From NCBI GenBank assembly GCA_012522015.1, contig JAAYLD010000044.1:3829-67828 (forward strand): 64,000 nucleotides of DNA, in the 5' to 3' direction. The position numbers were made by a program, and so were the translations under genes. Positions within the stretch are counted from its first letter, which is position 1, and every line of letters starts with the position of its first letter. The notes below the pieces were generated by a model that was given only the letters and a program-made list of their open reading frames with translations, was not told the DNA's origin and searched no databases. This DNA is from Clostridiales bacterium (lineage in GTDB: Bacteria; Bacillota; Clostridia; Oscillospirales; CAG-272). Shown piece by piece: positions 18,512 through 27,762 of the stretch.

Positions 18512-19900
18512 CTACTTAATCATGAATGCTGCTTCGCGGAGGGCTTCACCGACGGTGGGGTGCGGGAAAACAGCACGGCGGAGCTCGTCGAGTCTTACCT
18601 CGCGTGCGACGAGCATAGCGGCCCCGTAAATAATTTCCGATGCGCAAGGCCCTATCATGTGCACACCGAGGACATTGTTATGCTGCTTGCCAACAACGAG
18701 CTTTAATATGCCGTCGCCATACTCCGTTTCGGCGACATAGCGACCGCTATACACAAGCGGAACGGTAGCCGTTTTGACATCAATGCCTTTTGCTTTTGCA
18801 CTGTTTTCCGTTTCGCCGACGTCAGCAACTTCAGGATTTGTATATATAACAGCGGGAATCGCGTTATAATCGACGGTATCGCGCAAGCCTGTCATTACAT
18901 TTATGGCAACCTCGCCTTCGCGGTATGCCGTATGCGCAAGCATTGATTTTCCGTTACAGTCACCGGCGGCAAAAACGCCGGGAACTGATGTGCGGCAGGC
19001 ATCGTCGGTTAGAATAGCGCCGCGATTAGTACGGACACCGATATTTTCAAGGCCGACAGCATCCGTTTTCGGTCTGCGGCCAACAGCAACAAGAATTAGG
19101 TCGGCGTCAAGCGTCGCCACTTGCCCGCCTGATTCATATGTAACAGTGCCGTCACGCACGGATGTAACCTTTGCGCAGAGCTTGAATTTTATGCCTTTTG
19201 CTTCGTGGTTGCGCAACAGTATTGCTGAAATATCGCTGTCCGTCGCGCCGGCTATCTGTGGCATAGCCTCGATGACGGTTACGTCAGAGCCGGCAGAGTT
19301 AAAATATGACGCAAGCTCAAGCCCGATAACACCGCCGCCTATGACAATAAGACGCGGCGGGATGCTGCTAAGTGATAAAATCTCGCGGCTCGTGACGGCG
19401 TATCCTGCGGTGACAGCTTCGTCAATGCCGGGGATGGGCGGTATAAAAGCATATGAACCTGTGCATAAAAGAAGCCGCTTGGCAATGAACTTCTCACCGC
19501 CGGCTGAAACGATAAAACCTTCGCCGGACAGAGCTCTTCCGTCAATTTTGGCGCTTTCGCGCAGAACAGTGACACATGCTGTGCGCAGTGAGGCAGCGAC
19601 GCCACCTGTTAGTGTGCGAACGACCCTGTTCTTGCGCTTGATGATAGCGGCGTGGTCAAGCGATACGCTATCAACCTTGACGCCATAATCGGCGCCATGA
19701 CGGGCACTGTCGGCAATCTTTGCCGAATAAAGAAGCGTTTTTGTCGGAATACAGCCTTCGTTTAGGCATACGCCGCCCAGCGCCCGCTCTTCAAAAAGAG
19801 CCATTTTTAAACCTTCCTCAGACGCGCGGATAGCGGCGTTATACCCGGCGGGGCCGCCGCCTATAATAATTAAATCAAATTTATTTTCACTGCTCCCCAT
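18512..19900 (-). CDS. lpdA: Dihydrolipoyl dehydrogenase (E3)
   Basis: IIIGGGPAGY FAD motif, redox-active GGVCLNEGCIPTK, NAD motif VIGGGVIGLE and a C-terminal HPT interface motif. Confidence 0.9.
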   Translation of the reverse strand: MGSSENKFDLIIIGGGPAGYNAAIRASEEGLKMALFEERALGGVCLNEGCIPTKTLLYSAKIADSARHGADYGVKVDSVSLDHAAIIKRKNRVVRTLTGGVAASLRTACVTVLRESAKIDGRALSGEGFIVSAGGEKFIAKRLLLCTGSYAFIPPIPGIDEAVTAGYAVTSREILSLSSIPPRLIVIGGGVIGLELASYFNSAGSDVTVIEAMPQIAGATDSDISAILLRNHEAKGIKFKLCAKVTSVRDGTVTYESGGQVATLDADLILVAVGRRPKTDAVGLENIGVRTNRGAILTDDACRTSVPGVFAAGDCNGKSMLAHTAYREGEVAINVMTGLRDTVDYNAIPAVIYTNPEVADVGETENSAKAKGIDVKTATVPLVYSGRYVAETEYGDGILKLVVGKQHNNVLGVHMIGPCASEIIYGAAMLVAREVRLDELRRAVFPHPTVGEALREAAFMIK

Positions 19901-19947
19901 AATAAAGATATCTCCGCTTCATTTCACATTTTTGCTTTCTCGCTTTG

Positions 19948-21282
19948 TTATTTTGCAAGATAAAGGCTTATGTTTTCCATCGCGGTGCAGAGATCGCGCA
20001 AAAAACGAGCGGCTGACGCGCCGTCAAGCGCGCGATGGTCGAATGTAAGCGACACACCGACAGCGGGATATACGTCACCATTCTCACGAACTCGCGTGAC
20101 GGGCGCGCAAATGCCGATTATGACGGTCTGCGGCGGGTTGAGAACGGGCGTAAAACTCTCAACGCCGAGCGAACCAAGGTTTGTTACGGTGACGCTTCCG
20201 CCACGAAGGGCATCAGGTGAAATGCGCCCGCTTCTTGCTTCCGCAGCAAGTGAGTGGACAGCAACTGAAATTTCCGAAAGCGACATTTTTTCCGCTCCGC
20301 GGATTACGGGAACGAGAAGCCCCCTTTCCGTGTCAACGGCAACGGCAAGATTGACTGTATTAAAACGACGTATAGCGTTATTTATGAAGTGAGCGTTACA
20401 GTCAGGGTGCGAGAGAATGACGCGGGAGACGGCAAAAAGCACCATATCGTTAAGTGTAATATCCGGAAGGCCGAGAGTCGCGCTTTTTTCTTTGAATTCT
20501 GCGCGAAGAGAGAGCATTTCCGTTGCGTCAAAGGAGGAGTGGAGAGTAAGCTGTGCCGCTTCTGTCAGCGAGCGGTGCATTGACGCGGCGATTGCGCGGC
20601 GCGTCGGCGTCAGCGGTATGTCTATGTAATCGTCTGTTGCGGCTGCTGTCATTTGTACAGCGGGCGCCTGCTCTACACTTGCAGTAGAGGCGGTTGCAGT
20701 ATTTGGTGTCATTATATTGGTGCTCATATCCTCTCTTGTAGTTACCATACCTAAGCGAGCCGCTTCATCAAGCACACGGTCAATGTCGCGCTCGATGATT
20801 CTACCGCCGTACCCCGTTGGGATAGCGGATGTGATATCAGCACCTGTCCGCTCGGCCTTAAGTCTTGCGCGCGGCGATATTTTAATATTTCCTTCATTGA
20901 TAGTGCCGGTGCTTTGAGCGGTCGCTTCATTTGCGGCAGCGGCTGCAGACACAGGTGCGTCTGTTTTTGTATCCGTGGTTTTATCATTTGATGTAGATTT
21001 TTCGGTGTTTTTTATCCCTGCTAAAAGAGAACTTATGTCCTCGCCCGCCTCACCAATTATGCAGACGGGCGAAAGGCACGGAACGATGTCCCCTTCGTCA
21101 TATAAAGCGGCAAGAAGCACGCCGTTTGTATCTGAGGTTTCGTCAAAAGCTGATTTGTCTGTTTCATATGAGAAAAGAATGTCGCCTGCTGCGACCTTTT
21201 CTCCTACTTTTTTCGACCATTTTGTTATAATACATTCTTCAACGCTCTGTCCCTGACGCGGCATTATGATTATCTTTGCCAT
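19948..21282 (-). CDS. Dihydrolipoamide acyltransferase (E2)
   Basis: N-terminal lipoyl domain (ETDKSAFD), Ala/Thr-rich linker, peripheral subunit-binding domain (ISPRARLKAERTGADI) and catalytic domain with DHRALDG. ATG at 21282 is chosen because the upstream ATG abuts the RBS. Confidence 0.85.
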   Translation of the reverse strand: MAKIIIMPRQGQSVEECIITKWSKKVGEKVAAGDILFSYETDKSAFDETSDTNGVLLAALYDEGDIVPCLSPVCIIGEAGEDISSLLAGIKNTEKSTSNDKTTDTKTDAPVSAAAAANEATAQSTGTINEGNIKISPRARLKAERTGADITSAIPTGYGGRIIERDIDRVLDEAARLGMVTTREDMSTNIMTPNTATASTASVEQAPAVQMTAAATDDYIDIPLTPTRRAIAASMHRSLTEAAQLTLHSSFDATEMLSLRAEFKEKSATLGLPDITLNDMVLFAVSRVILSHPDCNAHFINNAIRRFNTVNLAVAVDTERGLLVPVIRGAEKMSLSEISVAVHSLAAEARSGRISPDALRGGSVTVTNLGSLGVESFTPVLNPPQTVIIGICAPVTRVRENGDVYPAVGVSLTFDHRALDGASAARFLRDLCTAMENISLYLAK

Positions 21283-21348
21283 ATGTATATTCATTCCTCC
21301 GAACTAACTTGTTTGTCATGTTGTTATGCCACAATAGCAGTTTTTAGA

Positions 21349-22119
21349 TTAGGCGATAATAATGGAGGTTTTCGATGAAGTAAAATCCTGCGCAAAATGC
21401 AGAGGAAGCTCGGCATCCGTTATAATTGTTGAAATATCATCAGGTGACGCAAAGGTGTAAGGTTGTTTCAGCCCCCATTTTGAGCTTGTTATCAGCATTG
21501 CGACACTACGCGAGCGCTCAATGACTTTTTTCTTGAATTCACACTCGCTGTAATTGCCTGATGAAAAGCCGCCCTCTTTCGTATAGCCTGACGGCGCCAT
21601 GATAGCAAGGTCAAATGTCATATCGGAGATGAATTTTATCGCTCCTTGCCCGGACAGCGTGTGATTTTCACGGTTGTACATCCCGCCGACAATGTTTATA
21701 ACAGCGAGCGGAGTGCGGTGAAGCTCCCTTGCAAGATCGGGCGACGATGTTGTTATAAGAAATCTGTCGTTTGGCAAATAATCAGCTATGTGCAGCGTTG
21801 TCGTGCCAGAATCGATGAATATCGACATTCCCGTGTCAAACAATCGTATGGCAGCCGACGCTATTTTTGCCTTTGCTGTGGTGTCGAGCGAAAGGCGCGC
21901 CTCGTAGCTATCCTCATACGTTGCCGTGATAAACTTCATTGAACGGGCGCCACCGCGCACGCGTATGACAGCACCCTCCGCTTCAAGGGTATCAATGTCA
22001 CGGCGAAGCGTCATCTCCGATATTTCCGGGAAAATGGCGGCAAGCTCCGATAGTGATATATACGGCATTTGTAAAAAAAGCTCTCGCATTCTCTCAAGCC
22101 TTGTTGTTTTCATCCTCAA
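21349..22119 (-). CDS. DeoR/GlpR family transcriptional regulator
   Basis: N-terminal wHTH ISLSELAAIFPEISEMTLRRDIDTLEAEG and a C-terminal DeoR sugar-phosphate sensor domain. First gene of the dehydrogenase operon. Confidence 0.85.
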   Translation of the reverse strand: MRMKTTRLERMRELFLQMPYISLSELAAIFPEISEMTLRRDIDTLEAEGAVIRVRGGARSMKFITATYEDSYEARLSLDTTAKAKIASAAIRLFDTGMSIFIDSGTTTLHIADYLPNDRFLITTSSPDLARELHRTPLAVINIVGGMYNRENHTLSGQGAIKFISDMTFDLAIMAPSGYTKEGGFSSGNYSECEFKKKVIERSRSVAMLITSSKWGLKQPYTFASPDDISTIITDAELPLHFAQDFTSSKTSIIIA

Positions 22120-22184
22120 AGAAATCTTCCCCCGTTTTACTTTATTGGTTGAACACTGTTAATTATGACCTCTCTGTATGTGAT

Positions 22185-22225
22185 TTTTGTGAAAAAATTG
22201 CGAAACACAGCTCATTTTGTGAAAA
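22185..22225. promoter_or_regulatory. Direct repeat TTTTGTGAAAA x2 in the divergent deoR / large-protein promoter region
   Basis: Identical 11-mers at 22185-22195 and 22215-22225, 30 nt apart (start to start). Candidate operator. Confidence 0.35.
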
Positions 22226-22399
22226 TTCTATCATATAAGTTATCAACTTAACAATAATTATACTAATAACGCACATTTTTGTCAACTCAATTTACATAAT
22301 TAACATGAGAATACAGTATATCACTTTTGCTGAAACGTTTTATATTTATTTATCATAATGCTTATGATATAATGGAGAAAACGAAAATTCGGCGGGGAG

Positions 22400-25300
22400 G
22401 TGGCAGCAATTATAGCGATGAAAAAATGCGATACGGCAAAGCATAGCGCCGTTTTTTTGATATGGCGAAGAAAAGCTATCGCAACACTATTTTTTGCTGT
22501 CACTTTTTTATGTGCTGGGCTATTATGCTTTGATTTTTTTGCTATGGCAGCGAATGAAGACACTGCTGTCGGCGATGTCTATGTTTTAGATAATTTATGG
22601 GATGGCGCCGTATGGATTGCGTCCGACGCTGGAACGACACTGTCAAGGGAGGAATACACTGCCGCTGATATCAACTCTGCTGCTGATGAAACAGATTATG
22701 GCTACTTGTCCTTGCGGAGAGAGACTGCCCGTGCAGGTGCCATTTACAGTGTGAGCACAAGTTTTAATGAGCCTGTTAATCTTTATGAATACCAGAGCAT
22801 TGAGCTTCGAGTAAAAGCGGACACGCTGGTTTTCCCGAGGGCGAGCGCGAATACGGGCAAAAATGTTGAATTTATGGTTACCGTCAATATCCACTCAACC
22901 GACGACACTATAACTACATCAAGACGCATCTACGCTGATATTTGGACGAGTATTATAGTGCCGATGTCGGGCTGGAGCGGACGCACGCAGATTACAGGAA
23001 TATCTGTTGCAATAAAGGTTATGTCAAGTATTGATGGTGTATTCAGCCTTTCGTGGCAGCTTGACAATATAACATCAAAAGTAAAGGCTGATACATTACA
23101 TGAAGATACATTCATGACAAGCCAATTTGTAATAAATAAAGGCTTATACTCAAACGAACTTACCTCCGGATATATAAAATTAGCTGCTGGTGCTGACGGG
23201 ATAGTATCGCTTACCGCGAAACCAGTTTTCGCCGATACGACGTCGGCGCCGTCGTATAATGCGATACGTATCGTTGCCGGCAGCACTGAAACAGATGTTT
23301 TCCTTTCGATAACGTATGTTTATAAAGATGGCACAACAAACACGACAGACGTAAAGATAGTCAAGGGCAGGGCAAGCCGGGGAGCTTATTATTTCGATGT
23401 GCCAAATCTTGCCTCAATAGAATCTTTTACACTGACAGCTGAAAACGTCATTGACGGCAATTTATATATCTACTCCATATCACCGCATTCGCTGCCGGTG
23501 CCACAAGAGGCAGGTATAGGTGCGCTTGAATCGTGTAAGGTATCGGTTGATGGTTCTGTAACTGTCAGGGGAACTGTTCCGTTTGATGTGGCAGGCGATT
23601 ATATCAATGGTAAAATAGCTATTTTTGCAATTCCGTCGTGGGCGGACGATAAGGAATATATGGCGGCGGCACAGCCGTGCGCAGAGATAAAAATGACGAC
23701 GCGATTCAGCGTTACGGTGAGCTCATCGGCGCTTCCTGCCGGGTATCTTACTTACAGGTACGCCGCTGCTGTAATTTATGACGGCACCACTTTACAAATC
23801 GGTTCTTCTATGTATATATCGAATCCGTCTTTACTTGGATCTGCCTTACCAAAAGCCATATCGGACGGAATTAAGGGGCTTTGCGGCGTGAAGGAGCATA
23901 GCGGCCTTGGCGTGTCTGCCACTGTAATTGACGTTGATTTGACAAAGCTGCTTGGCACATCGTCCGGCGGACGGCTTTATACTTTCGGTGGTGAGATTTA
24001 TTACTTCGACAGTGCCTTTATATCAGAGCTTGACACGCTCATTCGGTGCTATTCGCTGACAGGCGCCCGTGTTTATATCCGGCTTTTGTGCACCGATCCG
24101 GGGCTTTCCGCAGGTGATATGGAAGAGGACAAGGTGTCAAAATCAGCACATTATTATGCCCTGCGGGCGGATGATGAGCGGTCTTTTGGCATCCTTTACT
24201 CAGCAGTTGATTTTCTTACGTCAAGGTACCGTAGCTCAGAATACGGATACGTCGCCGGTGTGATAGCCGGTGCTGATGCGTCGGATACCGTATCAAAGAA
24301 TAGTCCCGGCACGAATGTATCGCCTGTCGAGTATGCGAAGCTGCTTGAGGGAGCAATGCGGCTCATTTATGAGGTCGGTTGTGCCAATATATCAAACTTT
24401 GAGGTGTATTTGCCGATGGGTCCCGTTTTATGTGCCGGTTCGGGCATTGACGGAGGGGTCTATGACGCGGCGCACCTCCTTCGAACAGTGTCTTCTTTCA
24501 TTAAAGAAGGCGGAGCGTTTGACTATCGCGTGCTCTGGCAATCGCCGCTCTCATCATCAGGAGAATACAGCGGCGCTGCTGTGTATGTCGGGGCCGATAA
24601 TATTGAACTTCTTGCCGATTATTACAGTAAGCTCAAAAATTCGGGGCTTCCGGCGCCAAGCGGTGTAATGTTTTACTGGAGACCGGAGGGAAGCGTAAAC
24701 ATTTCATCGCTTGCATCGGGTTATGTATCTGGTTATTATTCCACAGCTAAATCTCCGATTGTCTCAGCGTTTATTTTGGCGCCTGACAGCATGACAATAG
24801 CTGATGCCGACTGGAGCATTTTTACTGATGTCCTTCGTTTTATTGACACGGACAAGTATGCATCGGCAGCCAACATACTGGCACAGGCAACCGGTACTAA
24901 CGCTATGCGGATAATAATGGCGCTTGATGATAATGACCCTGTCGCCAATAGAGCACGTCCGCTCTCGATTGTATATGGAAGTGTGGTTCCGGAGCCTCCG
25001 GCTGACTTTGCCGGAAGCTACACCTACTTTGATTTCTCATCTGCTTATGACACGCGTGGCTGGCTTACCTATGACGGCTGCAAATCGCTTGTTTCAGCCC
25101 CCCGCGCCGGCGGTCGTGTGCTCAGGGCGTTGTTTGGCAGCGGAGTCGGTGGGATTTTATATTCATCCCTGGCCTTCCCCCTTGATTTTTCACCCGCGCC
25201 GGTCATAAGATTTGATATTACACTTGTCTCTGGCAGCGACGCTGACATAACAGTCGAGTTTATGTCGGAGAGCGGCTCTTATATCACACAGACTACGCTC

Positions 25301-25615
25301 ACGGCCGGCGCTGAAAATAATGTTTACATCGATCTTACGGATTACAGCGAAGTTGACAAAATCTACGCCATATCTCTCTACTCCGATTTCACAGCGGGCG
25401 ACGAGATTTATATATCAAAAATAACTGGCTACAGCAGTCAGTACACGTCAGATGAGCTTGAATCAATGACAAAAAAGAGTACTGATACAATAAATGCTAC
25501 AGATGATAACAAAAACAGCGAAGGAGACTTTTTGATGCCGCTTGCGTTTGTATTTATCATTGTAGTTGTGAGCGGAGCTGTTTTTATTGCTCTTAGGCGG
25601 CGGAGCGGAGTTTAA
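22400..25615 (+). CDS. Large (about 1070 aa) extracytoplasmic protein with an N-terminal signal/anchor and a C-terminal TM anchor; function unknown
   Basis: N-terminal hydrophobic segment ATLFFAVTFLCAGLLCFDFFAMA. C-terminal LAFVFIIVVVSGAVFIALRRRSG. The body is beta-rich and repeat-like. Start is either 22400 (GTG) or 22418 (ATG). Confidence 0.6.
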   Translation: MAAIIAMKKCDTAKHSAVFLIWRRKAIATLFFAVTFLCAGLLCFDFFAMAANEDTAVGDVYVLDNLWDGAVWIASDAGTTLSREEYTAADINSAADETDYGYLSLRRETARAGAIYSVSTSFNEPVNLYEYQSIELRVKADTLVFPRASANTGKNVEFMVTVNIHSTDDTITTSRRIYADIWTSIIVPMSGWSGRTQITGISVAIKVMSSIDGVFSLSWQLDNITSKVKADTLHEDTFMTSQFVINKGLYSNELTSGYIKLAAGADGIVSLTAKPVFADTTSAPSYNAIRIVAGSTETDVFLSITYVYKDGTTNTTDVKIVKGRASRGAYYFDVPNLASIESFTLTAENVIDGNLYIYSISPHSLPVPQEAGIGALESCKVSVDGSVTVRGTVPFDVAGDYINGKIAIFAIPSWADDKEYMAAAQPCAEIKMTTRFSVTVSSSALPAGYLTYRYAAAVIYDGTTLQIGSSMYISNPSLLGSALPKAISDGIKGLCGVKEHSGLGVSATVIDVDLTKLLGTSSGGRLYTFGGEIYYFDSAFISELDTLIRCYSLTGARVYIRLLCTDPGLSAGDMEEDKVSKSAHYYALRADDERSFGILYSAVDFLTSRYRSSEYGYVAGVIAGADASDTVSKNSPGTNVSPVEYAKLLEGAMRLIYEVGCANISNFEVYLPMGPVLCAGSGIDGGVYDAAHLLRTVSSFIKEGGAFDYRVLWQSPLSSSGEYSGAAVYVGADNIELLADYYSKLKNSGLPAPSGVMFYWRPEGSVNISSLASGYVSGYYSTAKSPIVSAFILAPDSMTIADADWSIFTDVLRFIDTDKYASAANILAQATGTNAMRIIMALDDNDPVANRARPLSIVYGSVVPEPPADFAGSYTYFDFSSAYDTRGWLTYDGCKSLVSAPRAGGRVLRALFGSGVGGILYSSLAFPLDFSPAPVIRFDITLVSGSDADITVEFMSESGSYITQTTLTAGAENNVYIDLTDYSEVDKIYAISLYSDFTAGDEIYISKITGYSSQYTSDELESMTKKSTDTINATDDNKNSEGDFLMPLAFVFIIVVVSGAVFIALRRRSGV

Positions 25616-25676
25616 TTAATATAAAAACACGCATTTTAATATTTTGCGATATAAATCTTAAAGGAAAAATATAAAA

Positions 25677-27290
25677 ATGAAGATAACTTTTATCGGTGCG
25701 GCACATGAAGTGACGGGTAGCTGTACGCTAATAGAATCATCCGGTATATATTACCTTATCGACTGCGGCATGGAGCAGGGGAAAAACGTTTATGAAAACA
25801 TCCCGCTGCCGGTCGCACCGTCTGAGATTGCTGCTGTTGTTTTGACACATGCTCATATTGATCACTCCGGAATGCTGCCGAAGCTATATCGTGATGGTTT
25901 TAGAGGTGAGATATATTCGACGGAGGCGACACGACGCCTTGCCGATATTATGCTTCGCGACACTGCTCACATCGAAGAAATGGAAGCAGAATGGAAAAGC
26001 AGAAAGTCTGTTCGCTCAGGCGGGGAGCCTGTTTTGCCGATGTACGACATAAACGATGTCAACGGCACGATGAAGCTTTTCCGCGGTTATGCGTATGGTG
26101 AAGAAATATCAGCGGTGGGCGGTGTTAAACTGCGCTTTTTTGATATCGGGCACCTGCTCGGCTCCGCCTGCGTAGAAATAAAGCTAAATGAAGCGGGAGT
26201 GGAGAAAACAATAATTTTAAGCGGCGACGTAGGCAATACAAACCATCCGATAATACGCGATCCGCAGCCGGTTTATGGCGGTGATTATCTTGTTCTTGAG
26301 TCAACGTACGGCAACCGCCTTCATTCTCCCTCCGACGGGGATCCATATAAAGAGCTTGCCGGCTACATAAATCGCGCCTTTGACCGCGGTGGAAGTGTTA
26401 TAATACCGTCATTCGCCGTTGGCCGGACGCAGGAGCTTTTATATATGATACGGGAGATAAAATTAAGAGGGCTTGTAAAAAGCCGTCCCAATTTCCCCGT
26501 TTACCTTGACAGCCCCTTGGCGAAGGAAGCAACAGAGATATTCATGAAGTGTGACCCCGATTACTTTGACGGTGAAATGAGGGCACTTATTGATGCGGGA
26601 ATCAACCCTATATGGAACGATGATTTAATTTTCTCGGAAACAGCGGAAGATTCAAAGCGCATCAATACCGACATGCGACCGAAGGTTGTTATATCGGCAA
26701 GTGGTATGTGCGAGGCCGGTAGGATACGTCACCACTTAAAGCACAATCTTTGGCGTCCGGAAAACATCATTCTTTTCGCCGGTTATCAGTCGGCAGGGAC
26801 GCTTGGGCGCTCGATTCTTGACGGTGCGCGTTCGGTGAAGCTGTTCGGTGAGGAAGTGGCTGTCCGCGCCGAGATATGCGCTCTTCACGGGACAAGCAGT
26901 CATGCCGACGCCAACGGCCTTATAGAATGGTATGAAGCAATGAAAAAGCGTCCGGGCACCGTTTTTGCAAATCATGGCGACACTGAGTCATGTGAAGCGC
27001 TCCGCGACAGGCTGATAGAACAATTTGGATGTAAAGCAATAGCTCCATTCAGCGGCACAGTATTTGACCTTGCGACAAATAAAGTTATATATGATGCGGA
27101 AGGCGTGCCTGTTAAGGAGCGCCATGAAGGCAAGAGCGCGTCGACGAGGAGGGCTGAGCGGGTATATAATACACTTGTTGAAACAGCGACGGAGCTTCTT
27201 GCGGTAGCAAAACGCTGCGCCGGACGCTCGAATGCTGAGCTTGCTGCGTTTACATCTCGTATACGCGAGCTTATCAATAAGTATAGGTAA
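25677..27290 (+). CDS. MBL-fold beta-CASP ribonuclease-like hydrolase
   Basis: THAHIDHSG metal motif, beta-CASP insert and C-terminal RNA-metabolising MBL motifs (HGTSSHAD, ANHGD). Confidence 0.8.
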   Translation: MKITFIGAAHEVTGSCTLIESSGIYYLIDCGMEQGKNVYENIPLPVAPSEIAAVVLTHAHIDHSGMLPKLYRDGFRGEIYSTEATRRLADIMLRDTAHIEEMEAEWKSRKSVRSGGEPVLPMYDINDVNGTMKLFRGYAYGEEISAVGGVKLRFFDIGHLLGSACVEIKLNEAGVEKTIILSGDVGNTNHPIIRDPQPVYGGDYLVLESTYGNRLHSPSDGDPYKELAGYINRAFDRGGSVIIPSFAVGRTQELLYMIREIKLRGLVKSRPNFPVYLDSPLAKEATEIFMKCDPDYFDGEMRALIDAGINPIWNDDLIFSETAEDSKRINTDMRPKVVISASGMCEAGRIRHHLKHNLWRPENIILFAGYQSAGTLGRSILDGARSVKLFGEEVAVRAEICALHGTSSHADANGLIEWYEAMKKRPGTVFANHGDTESCEALRDRLIEQFGCKAIAPFSGTVFDLATNKVIYDAEGVPVKERHEGKSASTRRAERVYNTLVETATELLAVAKRCAGRSNAELAAFTSRIRELINKYR

Positions 27291-27343
27291 ACAAAATGCG
27301 AAAATATGGTGGTGTGCCGAGCTGTCGAAGTTAAAGTGAGAGC

Positions 27344-27373
27344 TTGACAGTATGAAGCGGTGAGCAGTATAAT
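27344..27373 (+). promoter_or_regulatory. Sigma-A promoter for tRNA-Val
   Basis: TTGACA-18 nt-TATAAT, 12 nt upstream of the tRNA 5' end. Confidence 0.7.
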
Positions 27374-27385
27374 AATAACTACTCC

Positions 27386-27459
27386 GGAGGCATAGCTCAG
27401 TTGGTTAGAGCGTACGGTTCACATCCGTGAGGTCGAGGGTTCGAGCCCCCCTGCCTCCA
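27386..27459 (+). tRNA. tRNA-Val (anticodon CAC)
   Basis: Hand-folded cloverleaf: acceptor GGAGGCA/UGCCUCC, D arm GCUC-AGUUGGUUA-GAGC, anticodon arm UACGG-UUCACAU-CCGUG, T loop UUCGAGC. Confidence 0.85.
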
Positions 27460-27480
27460 CCCGCCTTGCATCAATAATGA

Positions 27481-27518
27481 AGCCGCAGGATAAATTGAGA
27501 TATCTTGTGGCTTTTTTG
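27481..27518 (+). terminator. Intrinsic terminator after tRNA-Val
   Basis: 12-bp stem AGCCGCAGGATA / TATCTTGTGGCT (with G-U pairs) followed by TTTTTT. Confidence 0.75.
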
Positions 27519-27762
27519 CTCAGTTGTGTTATAAAGGTTCTACGAACAAAAAAAGCAAGATCCCATGCCATAATTAAGCAGTGTTTACAAGCGATTAATA
27601 ATAAACTATAATCATTATATAGTCATCTGACAGACTCATATGTGGGATGAGTCGTTTTATTTTTTCAATATTGGATATTGTATAAATTTGACGACATAAT
27701 CAGCATAGCATGCTGTGCGCACTCGCCTTTTAGGATAATATATAAAGGGAGGGATATATCAG

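Noticed and set aside
18903-19688. 261-aa plus-strand ORF. Similar long antisense ORFs occur at 17273-17899, 16974-17381, 36445-36909, 38294-38740, 56972-57499, 58473-58994 and 59817-60308.
   Set aside because: Each lies entirely antisense to a gene with strong family motifs (lpd, E1, trkA, clpC and others). Their Ser/Arg/Ala/Pro-rich composition is typical of shadow frames in GC-richer genes. None has an RBS or promoter.
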